A stretch of 64,000 nucleotides of DNA from Macrostomum hystrix (GCA_950097015.1 CATNEN010000037.1:2418001-2482000); one strand, 5' to 3'; shown: positions 34,724 through 48,675, numbered from the stretch's first letter. Notes: generated by a model not told the origin, from the sequence alone. Numbers and translations are program-made.

Positions 34724-35914
34724 TTTATTCGCCTCATTGTGCTGCTGTATTGGTTCTCGCATTTTGCTCCGCTCTGGTTGTTCTGCTTGGTGCTGTAACT
34801 CAGTCTTCGGAAGCATGGAGCGGTAGTTAATATTATTGCAAGCTTGTTACATAAGGCTTTTGGTACTCAGAACTGCCGGATCTCCGTGAGCATTTGAGAA
34901 TTGGTTGGCGTGCTCTACAGCTTCTTTCATTTCTGAAGCCATCCAGATCAAGCTCTCCAGTCAAGATGCTGGCGGAAAAAGACTTACAAAAGAAAAGAGG
35001 CACCACAGGAAGCACAATGCGTTTGTAAATTCTTGAAAGCGCACACGAATCTGTTGGCAAGGCTGAAGCAGCAGAACACAAACGGACTCAAAAGAGAGAA
35101 TATTGAGAGCGCCTATTTCACTTACTTTGATTTCTTTTCCGCGCCGCTGGGGGTCCCCGAGATGGCGGCCTGGAACTCAGGGACCTCTTTGCCACCCCAC
35201 CTCCTCCAGCAGACACGCATTTTAATATCCGGTCTTAACGCGTCAGTTTTTTGCCGGCTCAATAGAAGTGGGCGGGGCCCTTCAAACCCCGACGTCGATG
35301 AGAAAAATCTGCCGGGCCTGTGTAGACTGGAAAAACCTGTGCCAATGTCCGGAAGGGAGAAGGAGAGAACGGGGAGAACAAAAAACTATACCAAAAAAAA
35401 TGAAGGTGCCAACTTCGCATTTAATCCCATAATATGCTCGCCGCACAATGTCCCAACGTGTAACTGAAATTTCGGCGCATTGCTCAGCTCATGAAGCCAT
35501 TTCCTGTCGATAATGTGGCGCGTGCCACCTAAAATAAAAAATGAGCCGAACACTCATAAATTTTCCTTATTTATACGTCGAGCTGTAAGATGGCAGCAGG
35601 ACATTTGGGCGCACAAGCAAATTACAAGAAATTACTGTTCTACAACCAGAAAATGGTCCTCTGGTCATTTCCTGTCGTGTGGGAATTACCTCGTGTGTCT
35701 GTGGATGCTTTTCGGAGTGAAATTATAACCATAGAAATGGTTTGTGGTGTAATTTTTTGATTGCGCTTACATGACGTTTGCAAAAATATGCTTGCCAGAA
35801 AAACCGTAAGATTTATGAGATGTGTGATGTAGAGAGACAAGTTGATAAGCTTTTTCACAATTGGACAAGATTTTTCACGATTAGACAAGCTTTTTGACAA
35901 TTAGACTAGCTTTT

Positions 35915-36088
35915 TGACAGCTGGAGAATCGGGCTTGACAGCTGGAGAATCAGACTTGGCAGCTGGAGAATCGGGCTTGACAGCTGGAGAATCGGACTTG
36001 ACAGCTGGAGAATCGGACTTGACAGCTGGAGAATCGGACTTGACAGCTGGAGAATCGGACTTGACAGCTGGAGAATCGGGCTTGGCAG
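35915..36088. repeat. 21-bp tandem repeat (CTTGACAGCTGGAGAATCGGA)n, about 8 copies
   Basis: Directly visible. Confidence 0.93.
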
Positions 36089-36532
36089 TGTCGAATCTCT
36101 CTGTTGGTTGCAAAATGCTCAAAACAAAAAATATTTTTAGCACTCAGAGAAGCATCCAGCTAGCTAAAAAAGCTGTTAGATTTGTTAATCCAACAAAAAG
36201 TGTATTTGATGCTAGTAAAAAAGGATCAAGACAAATATAGATAAAAGAGTTTTATAAATGAAGCAGAGAAATTAATGTCGCAAGACTGGCCGAGGCAGCC
36301 AACACAAGAAGCGACCGTCAAAGAGTTTTAAATATTTCATGAGCCTCAGCTTCAGCCGCAAATGGAACAATTCTTTAATCTCCTTTCCCTCCAGCCTACT
36401 AGCCACCATCCCTAAATGCCGCCTGCAGCTGAGCCGCCTCTCAAATCCCCTTCAAATCCCCCAGGAGGTTGTCTTCAAGATACGCTCTCACTTTTTTCGA
36501 AAATTAGTGAACCGGGCAGTTTCTGACACTTA

Positions 36533-36575
<43 letters not shown>

Positions 36576-36576
36576 A
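36533..36576. repeat. (CTG)n trinucleotide tract, about 14 units
   Basis: Directly visible; non-coding context. Confidence 0.95.
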
Positions 36577-37524
36577 TCAATTTTTCACCTTCCCTCACCA
36601 TAGTATAAGGTGGGTAAGTGGCGTGCACTTCAGGACATCCAAGCCTTGCCTTGAATCAATCAATGCTGAGCAGTCCCTTAGATTCAGTTGTTTAAAAAAG
36701 TTGAGTCATTGTGGTAAGCTTTTATTATGGCACACCCTAATTACCTATGCATTTAATGATTTGAGATTTTTGTCAGTTTCTAGAAAATATCCTACAGAAA
36801 GAGGATTATCTCACACACCCCCGATTAAGTTCGATAATAATTTTTCTAATCAACAAGATTCAATGAGAATTACTTACTTAACAATGACTTTGAGTGGAGT
36901 AAGCTGCACAGATGCTTAATGGATCCGTGATCTTAAATCTATGTATTACACATCAGAGACCTACTGCCCCACCTTAGTGTCAAATTTGAGAACCAGCTAA
37001 TCCGCTTGTCCAATTTGCAGCTAGAAATCCCATTTTGTTCCTCCCGGTTCTGCTTGACTCTGCAGTGGTGAAATAGGCGGTGCTTGTGTCCCTGCTCCCA
37101 TCTCTTTCCCTGATCCCTTTAGCAAGGTGTCCCGGGGGACAAAAATTACTATCTATCCATCTATTTTACTTTCTGTCTCTGTCTCTCTCTGGGGCCTGTC
37201 TTCCACTCATCTCATCCCGAAGATTGAAAGATGCATTCAGGGGATTGCACACACGCGCAGCCTGCAGGACATTGGAAAATTGTCGGGCGTCGAGCGACAG
37301 GCGAAGCGAGCTCTTAAAATCCTTCTCAGCCCTCGTGCTAAATAATTTATGCCCAATCTGAAAAGCGGATAAGACAAAAGAACACGCGAGAGACGACTGG
37401 GAGGAATGGTCAGGGGACCAGGCAAAGGTTTGTCCTTAATTACAATACTTTTTAAGAGGCCAGTTTGGCAACGCTGCTAAACTCTAATCTTTGCTACAAT
37501 AATTGATTACACCTGTCCCAATTT

Positions 37525-37650
37525 GGCCAGATGTGCAGCCGACAGCACAGCCGCAGCTATTGCGCGGCGCATCTGAAGGCTGCTTACGGCTTTTCAGTCC
37601 ATGGACATGTTTCGTCCTATTTAACAGCTGGGTGAACTGAAGCATTGAAC
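37525..37650 (-). mobile_element. SINE family B fragment (tail and CORE)
   Basis: Shares GCAGCTATTGCGCGGCGCATCTGAAGGCTG, TTCAGTCCATGGAC and TTTAACAGCTGGGTGAACTGAAGCA with 45120-45380. Confidence 0.8.
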
Positions 37651-38199
37651 TGAAACAGAAGATTTACTAAAATAAAATAAACTTGTACATCGCATCGATA
37701 CTGATCGGGCTGTAGTTTGAAACCTGATCCGAGATTCTACAGGCCGTGTGTCCATTCGTCAAACCTCCACCACCCATCTGAGCACAGAGACACTCTGAGC
37801 TAGCAGCACCTGCGCACCATGGGCGGGGCAGAACAAGGCAGGCAGGTGTGAATTACGTGACTCGCAGACTGATAAGAAAAAAAGGAATTCTACAAGTTTG
37901 CTTACCAAAGTCACACACTCACACACCGAATCGGGTAGCTTATTACGAGCTACTATCTGAATTGAAACCATTAAAAACTGACTTAAATTGAAGTAGTGGC
38001 TACCTTAGCACTGTAGCTTTGATGAAGCCAAGCAAAAATAGCCTGTTTCATAAGGCTTCTGCAATTTCTGATAATAAATTAACAAGGAGTGAGAGAATGG
38101 CATAAATTGGAAGCATACAGGGAGAATAGATTGCAGCAGAGACAGGTCAGCTGGTCGACAGATGAGAATGTCAGGAGGGAAAGAAAGGGGGCAAGAAAG

Positions 38200-39475
38200 G
38201 GAGAGAGGAGAGAGGGGAGGACAGAGGGAGGAGAGAGGGAGGAGAGAGGGAGGACAGAGGGAGGAGAGAGGGAGGACAGAGGGAGGAGAGAGGGAGGAGA
38301 GAGGGAGGACAGAGGGAGGAGAGAGGGAGGACAGAGGGAGGACAGAGGGAGGACAGAGGGAGGACAGAGGGAGGACAGAGGGAGGACAGAGGGAGGACAG
38401 AGGGAGGACAGAGGGAGGACAGAGAGAGGACAGAGGGAGGACAGAGGGAGGACAGAGGGAGGAGAGAGAGGGAGAGAGGGAGAGAGAGAGCGGGAGAGAG
38501 GAGAGAGGACACTGCCCATTGAATTTCAAAAATCTAATGTTGGAATCGATTCCAACATCAGAGTGAGGACAGAGAGAGGACAGAGAGAGGACAGAGGGAG
38601 GACAGAGGGAGGACAGAGGGAGGACAGAGGGAGGACAGAGGGAGGACAGAGGGAGGAGAGAGAGGAGAGAGAGGAGGAGAGAGAGGAGGAGAGAGAGGAG
38701 AGAGGAGAGAGGGGAGGACAGAGGTAGGAGAGAGGAGGAGAGAGAGGAGAGTGAGAAGAGAGGAGGAGAGAGAGGAGGACAGAGGGAGGAGAGAGAGGAG
38801 AGTGAGGAGGGAGAGGAGAGAGGGAGGAAAGAGGGAGGACAGACAGAGGGAGGACAGAGGGAGGACAGAGGGAGGACAGAGGGAGGACAGAGGGAGGAGA
38901 GAGAGGAGAGAGAGGAGGAGAGAGAGGAGGAGAGAGAGGAGAGAGGAGAGAGGGGAGGACAGAGGTAGGAGAGAGGAGGAGAGAGAGGAGAGTGAGAAGA
39001 GAGGAGGAGAGAGAGGAGGACAGAGGGAGGAGAGAGGAGAGTGAGGAGGGAGAGGAGAGAGGGAGGAAAGAGGGAGGACAGACAGAGGGAGGACAGAGTG
39101 AGGACAGAGGGAGGACAGAGGGAGGACAGAGGGAGGACAGAGGGAGGACAGAGGGAGGAGAGAGAGGAGAGAGAGGAGGAGAGAGAGGAGGAGAGAGAGG
39201 AGGAGAGAGGGAGGACAGAGGGAGGAGAGAGGGAGGACAGAGGGAGGAGAGAGGGAAAACAGAGGGAGGACAGAGAGAGGACAGAGGGAGGAGAGAGGGA
39301 GGACAGAGTGAGGACAGAGAGAGGACAGAGGGAGGACAGAGGGAGGACAGAGTGAGGACAGAGGGAGGACAGAGGGAGGACAGAGGGAGGACAGAGGGAG
39401 GACAGAGGGAGGAGAGAGAGGAGAGAGAGGAGGAGAGAGAGGAGGAGAGAGAGGAGGAGAGAGAGGAAGAAGTCG
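38200..39475. repeat. GA-rich array based on 11-bp GAGGGAGGACA, with a 241-bp internal duplication
   Basis: Blocks starting at 38751 and 38992 are duplicates. Confidence 0.93.
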
Positions 39476-40139
39476 ATCAGAAGTAGGACTATAAAGTGAT
39501 AGTTATGATCAAAGGAAGTCAGACGATTGGAGCAACGAATGAAGGCAGAGGAAAGCTGGCAAATATTTGAGGCAAAGAAGTAAAACTATACTTACTTACT
39601 CGTACTAGCAACAGAATTGAAACTAGATGGGAGTCATGCGTTGACTTCTAAACACAATAGCACAATAAGGTCGGGCAACGCCTTAAGGCTTAAGGACAAC
39701 AAAACTTATAGAATCGTCCGTTAGCGACCGACATAGGACACCCATGAGCAGGTGTCACTCAGTGAAGCAAATAGAAAATCAGCCTAGAGACACAAACAGA
39801 GACAGGCTGAAGACGTTGGGACGACGAGCACAGCTCCCAGAGTCTCCCAGTTGTCTATTGGCACGTGTCATCTTCTGTGGCGCTTTTTCTAGTCGCCATT
39901 TCACATTTTTTCTTTTTTGTTTCTCTTGAACAGTTCCTGGAAAACTGCAGTCAGTTCTATCTGACGAGATTCGATGCTACTCAAAGAGATCGGCTTTCCT
40001 TCTTTCTTTCAAGTCGTGCTGCCGCATTAGAAATAAGCTGTTTTAGTCTGCTCAGATTCCACTGCGGCAGGTCTACGAGCTAGGAAGAGATAGAAAATAA
40101 AAGTAAGGCGACTGCAATTAAAGATAAACACTATAAAAC

Positions 40140-41010
40140 AGAGGAGAGAATAGAGGAAAGAAAAAAGAGAAGAGAGGAGAAAGGAGAGAGGATGAAGGAG
40201 AAAGGAGAGAGGATGAAGGAGAAAGGAGAGAGGATGAAGGAGAAAGGAGAGAGGATGAAGGAGAAAGGAGAGAGGATGAAGGAGAAAGGAGAGAGGATGA
40301 AGGAGAAAGGAGAGAGGATGAAGGAGAAAGGAGAGAGGATGAAGGAGAAAGGAGAGAGGATGAAGGAGAAAGGAGAGAGGATGAAGGAGAAAGGAGAGAG
40401 GATGAAGGAGAAAGGAGAGAGGATGAAGGAGAAAGGAGAGAGGATGAAGGAGAAAGGAAAGAGGATGAAGGAGAAAGGAGAGAGGATGAAGGAGAAAGGA
40501 GAGAGGATGAAGGAGAAAGGAGAGAGGATGAAGGAGAAAGGAGAGAGGAGAGATGAGAGAGGAGAGAGGAGAGAGGAGAAAGGAGAGAGGAGAGAGGACA
40601 CAGAGAGTACAAAGGAGAAAGAAGAGACGAGAGAGGACAGAGGAGAGAGGAGAAAAGAGAGAATAGAGAAGAGAGAAGAGAGGAGAGAGAAGAGGAGAGA
40701 GAATATAAACGAGAGGAGAAGAGAGGAGAGAAGAGAGGAGAGAGAATAGAAACGAGAGGAGAGGAGAGGAGAGATGAGAGAGGAGAGAGGAGAGAGGAGA
40801 AAGGAGAGAGGAGAGAGGACACAGAGAGTACAAAGGAGAAAGAAGAGACGAGAGAGGACAGAGGAGAGAGGAGAAAAGAGAGAATAGAGAAGAGAGAAGA
40901 GAGGAGAGAGAAGAGGAGAGAGAATATAAACGAGAGGAGAAGAGAGGAGAGAAGAGAGGAGAGAGAATAGAAACGAGAGGAGAGGAGAGGAGAGAAGAGA
41001 TGAGACTAGA
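40140..41010. repeat. GA-rich array: 21-bp AAGGAGAAAGGAGAGAGGATG repeats followed by a 221-bp duplicated block
   Basis: GACACAGAGAGTAC occurs at 40597 and 40818. Confidence 0.93.
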
Positions 41011-41553
41011 GAAAAGATAGGGGATATGGGGTAAAACAGAAAAGGACATTGGTGAGGTATAATTTTAGTAGGCGACAGTATTAGATGCAATATCGAGCTG
41101 CACATTTACTGTTAACGACACATCACGGGCAATAATGCGAGAATAATTGAGACAATACGATTAGGATATTGGCCATAGCGTAAAAAATATTTTTTATTCC
41201 GAACTTCAAAACTCTAAAGCTACAGGCTGAAGAGAAAGTTAAGAGCGATCTTGGACAGGCCGCCTCCCATTGGCTGAGGCCAACAGCCAATCAGAAATAA
41301 TCGCAGACGCTCTAGACGATTTGGCCGTCGCCCCCAAAAAGCCCTCATCAAATGGATTGAAAGGGAAGGCAGAGAAGTCCGCAAGCTTTGCCTCGAGTTT
41401 AACGACACATGCAGCACAAGGCGTCGGTGTAAAGCAGGCCCAGTTATTCTCTACAATTGAAACCGCAGCAACCGATTGCGCGTCAAATACAAGGGTGAGT
41501 CATTGCGCGCTGCTTCTAAAGGCTGTGTACAGCAGTTCAGTCCATGGACTGAG

Positions 41554-41742
41554 GAGGGCCAACCTCCAAGGCGCAGTGAGAGTGTACACTGCCTGACCAT
41601 GAGAAAGGTACACACTTGTGTGAGTGTGTGCTCAGGAGTCGGTGGAATGGGCAGAATTGCCTCCTCGCTGGCTGCGAGTCTAGTGTCACAAAATGATGTG
41701 CCATTGCCCGCAGCCCTCCTGCAATTATAGCTATTATTATTA
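41554..41742 (+). mobile_element. SINE family A, copy 5 (3' half with tail)
   Basis: GAGGGCCAACCTCC...GGGCAGAATTGCCTCCTCGCTGG...CCCTCCTGCAATTATAGCTATTATT. Confidence 0.82.
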
Positions 41743-42603
41743 ACAGAGCTAGTTAGTAAAAGCAGAGGCATAACATTGGCTCTCAGTGTCGCCTTTTTCT
41801 AGCAAGAAGTTAACTTATGATACGAGAATTGGATAGAAAGAGGGTGAAAAGCTTCGTAAAACAATTGATGTAAATGTTGCTCCTCTGTTTCTAGCCTCCC
41901 CAATTATAGATAGTTGCTATGGGGGCGGCAGGCGGCGCTACAGAGGGGGGGGATCAGTGGACGCCACAGGCGGTCCGCTCCAACCAGACATGCAGATCCC
42001 ATGTCTAGATAAGCCATGTAGCTTAGGCCAGTACAGCTAAGTGGAGAATGAAATAGAAAATATTGTTTTTTTCAACTCCGCCCTGGACCAAGAATGAGCT
42101 GAGCCGACTTCTACGAGCAGCAAGTGGAATGAGTACCCAGAATATCCCCCCGTAAATATATTGCTCCCATCAACACACAGCCATGCTGATGTGGATGAAT
42201 ATTGAATGGGCTTTCATTTCGCATGGTTTGTATAGCAGAGCCCGATGCAAGTGGCTGGCAGGATATTTCCCAAAGCACAGCGGGTGTTACCTGCACGCGC
42301 TGTAGCCAATGGCATATTTCACAGCACACTGCGTAATATGCAAGTTTTAGATACACTAACAACAAGAGAGGCATTGCGCAATTTCCTATAGAAGCAAATG
42401 CCAGTCAAAAACACTATTTTCTGCACCCTATACGACATAGAATTTGACGAGATTTTTTATTATAAATTTTAGACACTGCTTCAGGGGCAAAACAGGCGAC
42501 TATAATCAACTGTTCAACTTCTGGCAATACCGCTGGCATTCAGAAACATTCAGGATTTATTTAGGTCAGTACCTTTATACAGGTGAGAAGTTCTGTCAAG
42601 ACA

Positions 42604-43590
42604 TTATCGAGAATCTCACTATTAGACTGCAATCTTATCGAGAATCTCACTGTAAAACTTAAATCTTATCGAGAATCTCACTGTAAAACTTAAATCTTAT
42701 CGAGAATCTCACTTTAATACCTCAATCTTATCGAGAATCTCACTGTAATACCTCAATCTTATCGAGAATCTCACTTTAATACTTCAATCTTATCGAGAAT
42801 CTCACTGTAATACCTCAATCTTATCGAGAATCTCACTGTAATACCTCAATCTTATCGAGAATCTCACTGTAATACCTCAATCTTATCGAGAATCTCACTG
42901 TAAGACTTCAATCTTATCGAGAATCTCACTGTAATACCTCAATCTTATCGAGAATCTCACTTTAATACCTCAATCTTATCGAGAATCTCACTGTAATACC
43001 TCAATCTTATCGAGAATCTCACTTTAATACTTCAATCTTATCGAGAATCTCACTGTAATACCTCAATCTTATCGAGAATCTCACTTTAATACTTCAATCT
43101 TATCGAGAATCTCACTGTAATACCTCAATATTATCGAGAATCTCACTTTAATACCTCAATCTTATCGAGAATCTCACTCTAATACCTCAATCTTATCGAG
43201 AATCTCACTTTAATACCTCAATCTTATCGAGAATCTCACTTTAATACCTCAATCTTATCGAGAATCTCACTGTAAGACTTCAATCTTATCGAGAATCTCA
43301 CTGTAATACCTCAATCTTATCGAGAATCTCACTTTAATACCTCAATCTTATCGAGAATCTCACTGTAATACCTCAATCTTATCGAGAATCTCACTTTAAT
43401 ACCTCAATCTTATCGAGAATCTCACTTTAATACCTCAATCTTATCGAGAATCTCACTGTAAGACTTCAATCTTATCGAGAATCTCACTGTAATGCCTCAA
43501 TCTTATCGAGAATCTCACTCTAAGACTTCAATCTTATCGAGAATCTCACTGTAATACCTCAATCTTATCGAGAATCTCACTCTCATAACT
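42604..43590. repeat. 31-bp minisatellite (AATCTTATCGAGAATCTCACTGTAATACCTC)n, about 32 copies
   Basis: Directly visible. Confidence 0.97.
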
Positions 43591-45119
43591 CAATCTCATT
43601 TGAGAATCTCAGTCTCATTCTCAACTTTATTGATAATTCCTATTGTTACCTTTACTTTTGAGTATCCAAATTTCGATGTCTTTCAACCTAAAAAAGAGAA
43701 CAAGTTTGAACAGTAGCGGTCAGTTGAGCAGGAACCGTGAGTGCAGATATGAATTTCTCAAACGAGTTTTCAAGAAATTCAGTCTGTCATCTTGAAATAG
43801 TTGAGAAGATGGCCAAAGCTATTTATATATATATTTCTCTCTCTGAACTGGCCGCATGAGCGAATCTGAATGGAAAATAAATGGTTTGAGAACTCTCTTG
43901 ATTTGAAAGTTCTCATAGCTTACGATCAACAGGCCTCAACCTCTATTTTCCCTCCGGCTGGGAAGTGAACGAATGGATGAGGATGAGGTGAAGAGCTCAA
44001 TTAGCCAAATACTCGTTCGAACTTGGGGATCAACTTAGATAAGGAAATCGAACGCAGATCCCATCGTTTCCTACATCGGTTTTATTATTATTATTTTGTT
44101 TCGCGTGTTCAGTTGAAAGTTAGGAGGGTGCCTAATGAACCTGTGCGTGAGGCTAGCTTAGTGTCGTAGAATTTATTTTAGGCGCCGATTCAAACTTAAT
44201 TCCCGTTTTAAAACACCGCGTGCTTTTTTTATTTATCGGATGAAGACGCAATTTAATGAATAATTGCAGCTGGCCTATCAGCTTTCAATCTGTGCAGCCT
44301 ATCCGGCAATAAGCGGCTGTTAATGAGCCAATTTCACTGGCCTCTGTTTGTCAGCAGCCAACAGCGGCAGCCCGGATAAGTTTGCTCAGATGAGGCGAGG
44401 GCCGGTAGCCCAGGAGTTTGAGCAGGAGTTTGAGATGCCATCTTGGGAGATGTTTGCCGAAGCCAGCGGGGTCGGGAGAAATTTTTTTTAAACGAAAAGA
44501 GAAAGCAAGAAACCTTGGCGATCCCCGCCGAGCAGCTCGATTAACTCCTTCCGTGGGAGAATTTCCCCTCCCAAAACCCCGCGAAAACCTGAGCCCATAT
44601 CCCCCTACGGGATATATTCGGATAACATTGTGGCAATCAAGACTTTGGGGGATATAATTATTTCTAGGGAGAGCAAATTATGACGTAACTGGACAAAGCC
44701 CAATCCCCACGGAGAGCCGGGCAAAGAGGGCGGCAGTTGAGTAAGGCTGAAGTTATTTTTTGTGAAGTTTGCAGCCTCCAAATCCGCTGAGCTCAAAAGA
44801 GCTCAAAGTGTCTCAAGCCTTCAACTTTGTTTCGTTAATTTGGCGCGGCATTTCTATTTAGTTTAGTGAAATTGAGAACGGAAGAATCCAAAAAAATATT
44901 CCCATTTAATAGTGATCAAATTCTCCATTTAGAGCTGAGCAACAATTAATTGCAGCGTGTATTGGCTTTCATGGACAGTTTAATCTCTGGGCCATCTTTG
45001 GCCAGATGCACAATTGGCTGTGTACATCTGTTCAGTCCATGGACTGGGAAAGTCGCCACAATCACCAAAATTTCTGCCCCATAATAAGTAATTAAAAATA
45101 ATTTATAACACCTGCCCCA

Positions 45120-45380
45120 ATCGGACCGGATGTCCAGCCGACAGCACAGCGCAGCTATTGCGCGGCGCATCTGAAGGCTGCGTACGACTGTTCAGTCCAT
45201 GGACTGGGGAAATGCCAAACCCACCCGAAAGTACCTCAGCTAATGTTGGCACCCATTTAACAGCTGGGTGAACTGAAGCAATGCAGAGTTAAGTGTCTTG
45301 CTACATGACACTAATTTTTCCAGTGAAGTCGGGAATCGAACTCCCGATCTTTGCATCGGTATTCAGACACCCTTAATACT
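45120..45380 (-). mobile_element. SINE family B, most complete copy (tRNA head, CORE-like body, tail)
   Basis: The minus strand has GGGAGTTCGATTCCCGAC (B-box), then CAAGACACTTAACTCTGCATTGCTTCAGTTCACCCAGCTGTTAAATGGGT, then the tail CCAGTCCATGGACTGAAC...GCGCCGCGCAATAGC. Further fragments lie at about 31330, 41501, 45000, 50970, 53700, 55900 and 62410. Confidence 0.82.
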
Positions 45381-47549
45381 AGGTTACAATCCCTGAAGCA
45401 ATACAAAATTAAGTGTCTCAATTGATGATACCAATTGTTACAATTGTTCCGAGATTTGAATGGAACATAAATTGGAAGCTACAAAGCTTTACGAATACTT
45501 TTCTACGAAACTGGTTGATTTAAACGAACTGAAGAAAAAACTGTTTTTCCTTCTCCGGCCGACTGACTCGCGCTCGAGAGGACGGAATTAAATTGAGCAG
45601 CTTATCTACCTGCTCACCGTCAATGCTGAGACTTGAAAAAAAGCAGCACCAGCAGCAGAAGCAGCTTTGGAATTAGCGGCAGTGTCGCAGGTGGAAGGCC
45701 AATTAATCGGCTTGGATTAACGACTAAGGAATGCAGCTTAGCGGAGGATTGAGAACTTTCTCACTTCTTCCTACTTAAGCATTTTCTCTGAGACGTTGAA
45801 CATACATTTTCAGTTATCCCCCAATCCTAGCTTAAAAAGCTATTTCAGCCATTATCTCATGCTGGATAAAGCGACAGTTTTGTACTTTTATAGTGAAAAT
45901 CATCGCTTACATCTGCTTTGCAATGAGTTAGATCTTGTTGGTAGGATAAGGGGAGCTGGCTACAATCACGAGGGTCTTGTCGCATTTGTTGGCTTTTTAA
46001 TCCTCATTGAGGATCTAACCTTGTTCTCTCTGCCCCTGAACAAACCCCCAAGCCTCCCTGTACCCAAAGTCTTTTCCATGCCTTTGGCCTAATACGCGGG
46101 TGAATCTCATGTTGAAGCTGGCACAAAGGACAGGGAATTAGGAGACATGTAGAACAGGGGAATGCTAACCGGGCCCCCCTCACCACACACCACCAAGCTG
46201 GCAACTTTGATTGACTTCCTGAGTCCTGTCTGCTCCAATGTCAAACGCGTGCGGCCTATTCAGCGACTACTTCAAGCGTGTTAAGCCTCAATCTGCCATG
46301 CGAACCTCTGTTAACTTTGAGAACTTTTTGAGTCGGCGATTCCCCTTCAATGACTGCTCAAATTTTCTCCTTCGTCAAGCACGACCTGTCCGCTGAGTTC
46401 GATTCATTTTTGACATGCAAGTCAGCTCAGTTGATTGAGAACAATTAGTTATACGCTGGAGATTGTTCCCTCAAATCAGTCTTTGTCAGTTCTTTAGTTC
46501 CTTTCAATTAAAGAGTTAAAAAGAAGATTTTTTGAGACTAAAAAATGAACAAGGAAACGTCCTTGGCCTGTTCAGATCCGCATTCGCGCTAACGAATATC
46601 TGACCTCAATTGATATCCTGCTGAACTGGAGTCGTATTTTCCACTTGTGGATGTCGGGCAAATAATATATCGGCTGGCCTCACAACTCCGCAGCTTCATT
46701 GCGCAATCAATCAAATTCTTACACTGCTTGAGTATAGTGTAAGTGAGAGAAATCAGGCGTTTGCAATACTGGTTGAGGAACCCCGATAAAGCATGAAGAA
46801 GGTGGTCTCACATGTGCTCATTTCAATCGCCTAGTTATGACGTAATACATACAGTCTCACAGCTTTAGTGACGAAATCATCAATATTTCTACCAGCAGAA
46901 ATATTTGCAGCACAGCGGATATGCCATTTAATTTCACTAGATTTTTGTTTCTGAATGGTATCTGAAAAAAATGATAAATGTGATGCCATTGTCAACTACA
47001 AGTACTTGACTATGCTGTGGGAGCAGAAAGCCATCTGTCTTCCCAGACTCCAACAATTATGTTCCGGATTGCCTGTAATTTCCTTCCACTTTCTGCTTCT
47101 TCCTAGCTAGTGGGATACAGGGCTTGGGGATAAACAGCAGTGGTGGATCATTGTTGCCTGTTAGACCACGCTTGGCCGGTTCTTCAACAATGAATAATTC
47201 TTCATATTTATTTATACATATTTATTCATTGTTGGGCTTTTGTTGCAACAAAATTAACTGATGCCGATGTATTTTAGGTCATATAATGGTAGAGCAGTGT
47301 TTCTTTCAGATGCTGAGGCATTGCAGAAGACGAGACCATAGCCTGATCCTGGGCTTGCACTATTACTTTTATTTAGCGATTGTTAATAACTTACCAAATG
47401 AGAAGGAGACAATAGAAAATCTACTTGACTGAGAACCACTTAAGAAGGACTTCAGACTAGTGTAGATAAAAATTTTAAATAATTAAATGAGGACACTTTT
47501 TAGATTGCCGTAAAATGAATCGTGATACATGGTTGCTAGATGATCACCC

Positions 47550-48675
47550 TTATCTACTGTCTCATGTCTACTCTTCTCTCTCTCTCTACTATCTCATGTC
47601 TACTCTTCTCTCTCTCTACTGTCTCATGTCTACTCTTCTCTCTCTCTACTGTCTCATGTCTACTCTTCTCTCTCTCTACTATCTCATGTCTACTCTTCTC
47701 TCTCTCTACTGTCTCATGTCTACTCTTCTCTCTCTCTACTGTCTCATGTCTACTCTTCTCTCTCTCTCTACTGTCTCATGTCTACTCTTCTCTCTCTCTA
47801 CTGTCTCATGTCTACTCTTCTCTCTCTCTACTGTCTCATGTCTACTCTTCTCTCTCTACTATCTCAAGTCTACTCTTCTCTCTCTACTATCTCAAGTCTA
47901 CTCTTCTCTCTCTACTATCTCATGTCTACTCTTCTCTCTCTACTATCTCAAGTCTACTCTTCTCTCTCTCTCTCTCTACTATCTCAAGTCTACTCTTCTC
48001 TCTCTCTCTCTCTACTATCTCAAGTCTACTCTTCTCTCTCTACTATCTCAAGTCTACTCTTCTCTCTCTCTACTGTCTCATGTCTACTCTTCTCTCTCTC
48101 TACTGTCTCATGTCTACTCTTCTCTCTCTACTATCTCAAGTCTACTCTTCTCTCTCTACTATCTCAAGTCTACTCTTCTCTCTCTACTATCTCATGTCTA
48201 CTCTTCTCTCTCTCTACTGTCTCATGTCTACTCTTCTCTCTCTACTATCTCAAGTCTACTCTTCTCTCTCTACTGTCTCAAGTCTACTCTTCTCTCTCTA
48301 CTATCTCAAGTCTACTCTTCTCTCTCTACTATCTCAAGTCTACTCTTCTCTCTCTACTATCTCAAGTCTACTCTTCTCTCTCTACTATCTCAAGTCTACT
48401 CTTCTCTCTCTACTATCTCAAGTCTACTCTTCTCTCTCTACTATCTCAAGTCTACTCTTCTCTCTCTACTATCTCAAGTCTACTCTTCTCTCTCTCTACT
48501 ATCTCATGTCTACTCTTCTCTCTCTCTACTGTCTCATGTCTACTCTTCTCTCTCTCTACTGTCTCATGTCTACTCTTCTCTCTCTACTATCTCAAGTCTA
48601 CTCTTCTCTCTCTACTATCTCAAGTCTACTCTTCTCTCTCTCTACTATCTCAAGTCTACTCTTCTCTCTCTACTT
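47550..48675. repeat. CT-rich ~28-30-bp minisatellite (TCTACTCTTCTCTCTCTCTACTATCTCAAG-like)
   Basis: Unit length varies with an internal (CT)n. Confidence 0.95.

Noticed and set aside
38005-41105. E/R/G-rich and L/S/P-rich ORFs (also 20646-21454, 28459-29371, 47515-50339 and 60967-61857)
   Set aside because: They are low-complexity GA/CT tracts with no domain motifs or splice-consistent structure.
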